64,000 bases of DNA, taken from the NCBI GenBank assembly GCA_002633005.1, contig NMRA01000009.1, forward strand, positions 1,929,366 to 1,993,365. The letters run 5' to 3'. The DNA is from Phoronis australis (lineage: Eukaryota; Animalia; Phoronida). Under the pieces are notes generated by a model. The model saw only the letters and a program-made list of their open reading frames with translations. It was not told where the DNA came from and searched no databases. The position numbers and the translations under genes are program-made. Positions within the stretch are counted from its first letter, which is position 1; the number at the start of each line of letters is the position of its first letter. Positions 62,133 to 64,000 of this stretch are shown piece by piece.

Positions 62133-64000
62133 CGAAACAACGGACTTATTTGCGCTTCAGTGTCGAAAACACGTGAAATCATTCATGTGTAATTACATAA
62201 GATCATTTTCATCACTGTCTGTCTGCAGATGTGGATTGTCATCATGTAGTCAGGAACAAATTAGTCGTTCGGCATGACTGCCGTGGCACTGCAGGTGCTG
62301 GTTACCGCCTTTGTTACAACGTTATGGTGCCCGGACACTTGCCTGTAATACAGAGGATGTAGCCACGTTAAGTGAACTTGAAGTCACAAGAGGTCGCTGT
62401 TGCTGTACATGTAATGTTCTCGTTATATGAATGTTGACTGTGAGCTATGTTGTTTGGAGAAGTGTAAGCTTTATGTATCAAAAATATTATCATTGGGGAG
62501 TAACAGACTTTCAATAAAGAGAGCAATGGACTATATCTGCTCGAGGCCAACTTCCGGTTTATTTTCAAGAGATAGTGTTTAATTATTTTCGCCTGTTTTA
62601 TTCGTACATGTAATTTCAACGAAGCAGCACCAGTCGAACAAATTTCGTTAACTTTTGAGAAGACTAATGCAATTGTTTTTTCACCATATGAAAATGATAC
62701 AGTTACTAAACAGTTACACCACGGTCTCTCTCTTTTTCTCTCTAGCATTGAACAATTCTTTACAAATGCTTGAATGAAACAATGAGCATGGGACTACTTT
62801 TCTGAATGTCTGCTGGCCTCAAGAACGTTGTTGTTGTTATGTTTATCCGGCTGACAGTAATGCGCAAGTGCACTTTCGTCATCACAGTAGGGGGCACACT
62901 ACAGTTACAACAGGCTTTTGGCTGCCGACATACACCGAAGTACAGATGGGCCCTTTCCTCACAATACATGAAAATGGAGTTATGGCGCTCGATACTCATT
63001 TTCAACTGTTTCTCAATGAATCTAGATTTTGTGAGAGTTTCTCAACAGATTCAGTTTGCCATTTTTGTGACTGTAGGACAACCAGTGAACAGTAATATTT
63101 ACTTACTTTTCAAACAATAGATAACTGTTCTTTTTGATACTTGTTAACGACTGATAATATAAATATACCAGTTAAATTAGCTGCATTGTACAGCAGGTTA
63201 TGATTTTAGCCCATCTTGATGTATAAATTATCCCACATACAACTGTCTAGCGTTGTAAGAGCACAAAAGCGTCTTTTGCTTGTTCAGGTTTCTACAACCC
63301 TGGTGAGTAAGATGGGTCGGGACAAACGGAAATTTCTTTCATTCTCGGACATTTTGAGACGTCGGACATTATTTTGTGAATCCCTTAAATATCCCTCCAC
63401 GCAACATTTAAAGATGCATTTTGCCCTGTTTAGTCGGCTGACAAAAAATTGGAATACATCGTTTACTCTTAAAAAATCGTTTTCGGAATATTCCTTACCG
63501 TATCGGTGATAGGACTTAATTTGCGTTATCTACTCAAGTCACAGGCATTGCCTACATGTGTCATTCTCGAATTCGCAAATTTTAGGGTCAGTCGGAGTCA
63601 GACAACTCCAAATATTGAAATTTCTTAGCGTTTTCTTAAGCCACTGATAGTTCCGATGTTCTTGCTTGTAACCGAATTGGAGTCCAGTCATTATAAGGAA
63701 CATTATTAAGACTTATTTTATGAGAGTCACAAATAACCTGATTCAATTTCCCCTTTTAGCCAACTAAAGAGCGAAATGCAACGATTCAAGACAAGGGCGC
63801 AGTCGTTTTTTATCACGCTAGCTGCTACATCGGAAAGGCTATTGCTCAACTAGTCAGCACAAACGATTTAACCAATCCAATACGATAAAACCGTTCATGG
63901 CATGGGCAGCGGGGTGATTAACATTAGTCGACAAACAATGGAAACAGTCGTTTAAAGCTCTACTCAATTCTTGTTCCATTTTGTATACACGAATGGTTAA

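Overview
AT-rich animal (invertebrate, probably lophotrochozoan; this is an inference from the TE repertoire and gene families) genomic DNA with spliceosomal introns, two N-gaps and three single-N scaffold joins. No prokaryotic features (operons, CRISPR, rRNA) are visible. Two apparently intact genes are present. One is a class A orphan GPCR with an intronless CDS (24876-25862, minus). The other is a three-exon, ~640-aa divergent TRPV-like channel (51777-52043 + 59405-59603 + 60676-62132, plus); I joined it by hand and the GT/AG sites are canonical and phase-compatible. Between them lie a decayed paralog of each gene, head-to-head, giving the order GPCR, GPCR-psi, TRP-psi, TRP. The TRP pseudogene has Asp at the position matching the TRPV5/6 Ca2+-selectivity residue, where the intact copy has Asn. 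Its last exon was hit by two separate ~1.25-kb Helentron/HINE-like insertions about 90 bp apart. The remainder is TE debris: CR1/L2, HERO-like RLE LINEs, RNase H LINE, a Penelope fragment with a decayed hammerhead ribozyme, ISL2EU-like THAP/SWIM/YqaJ elements, an Academ-like end, MITEs and SSRs. All alignments and family comparisons were done by eye or from memory, not by database search.
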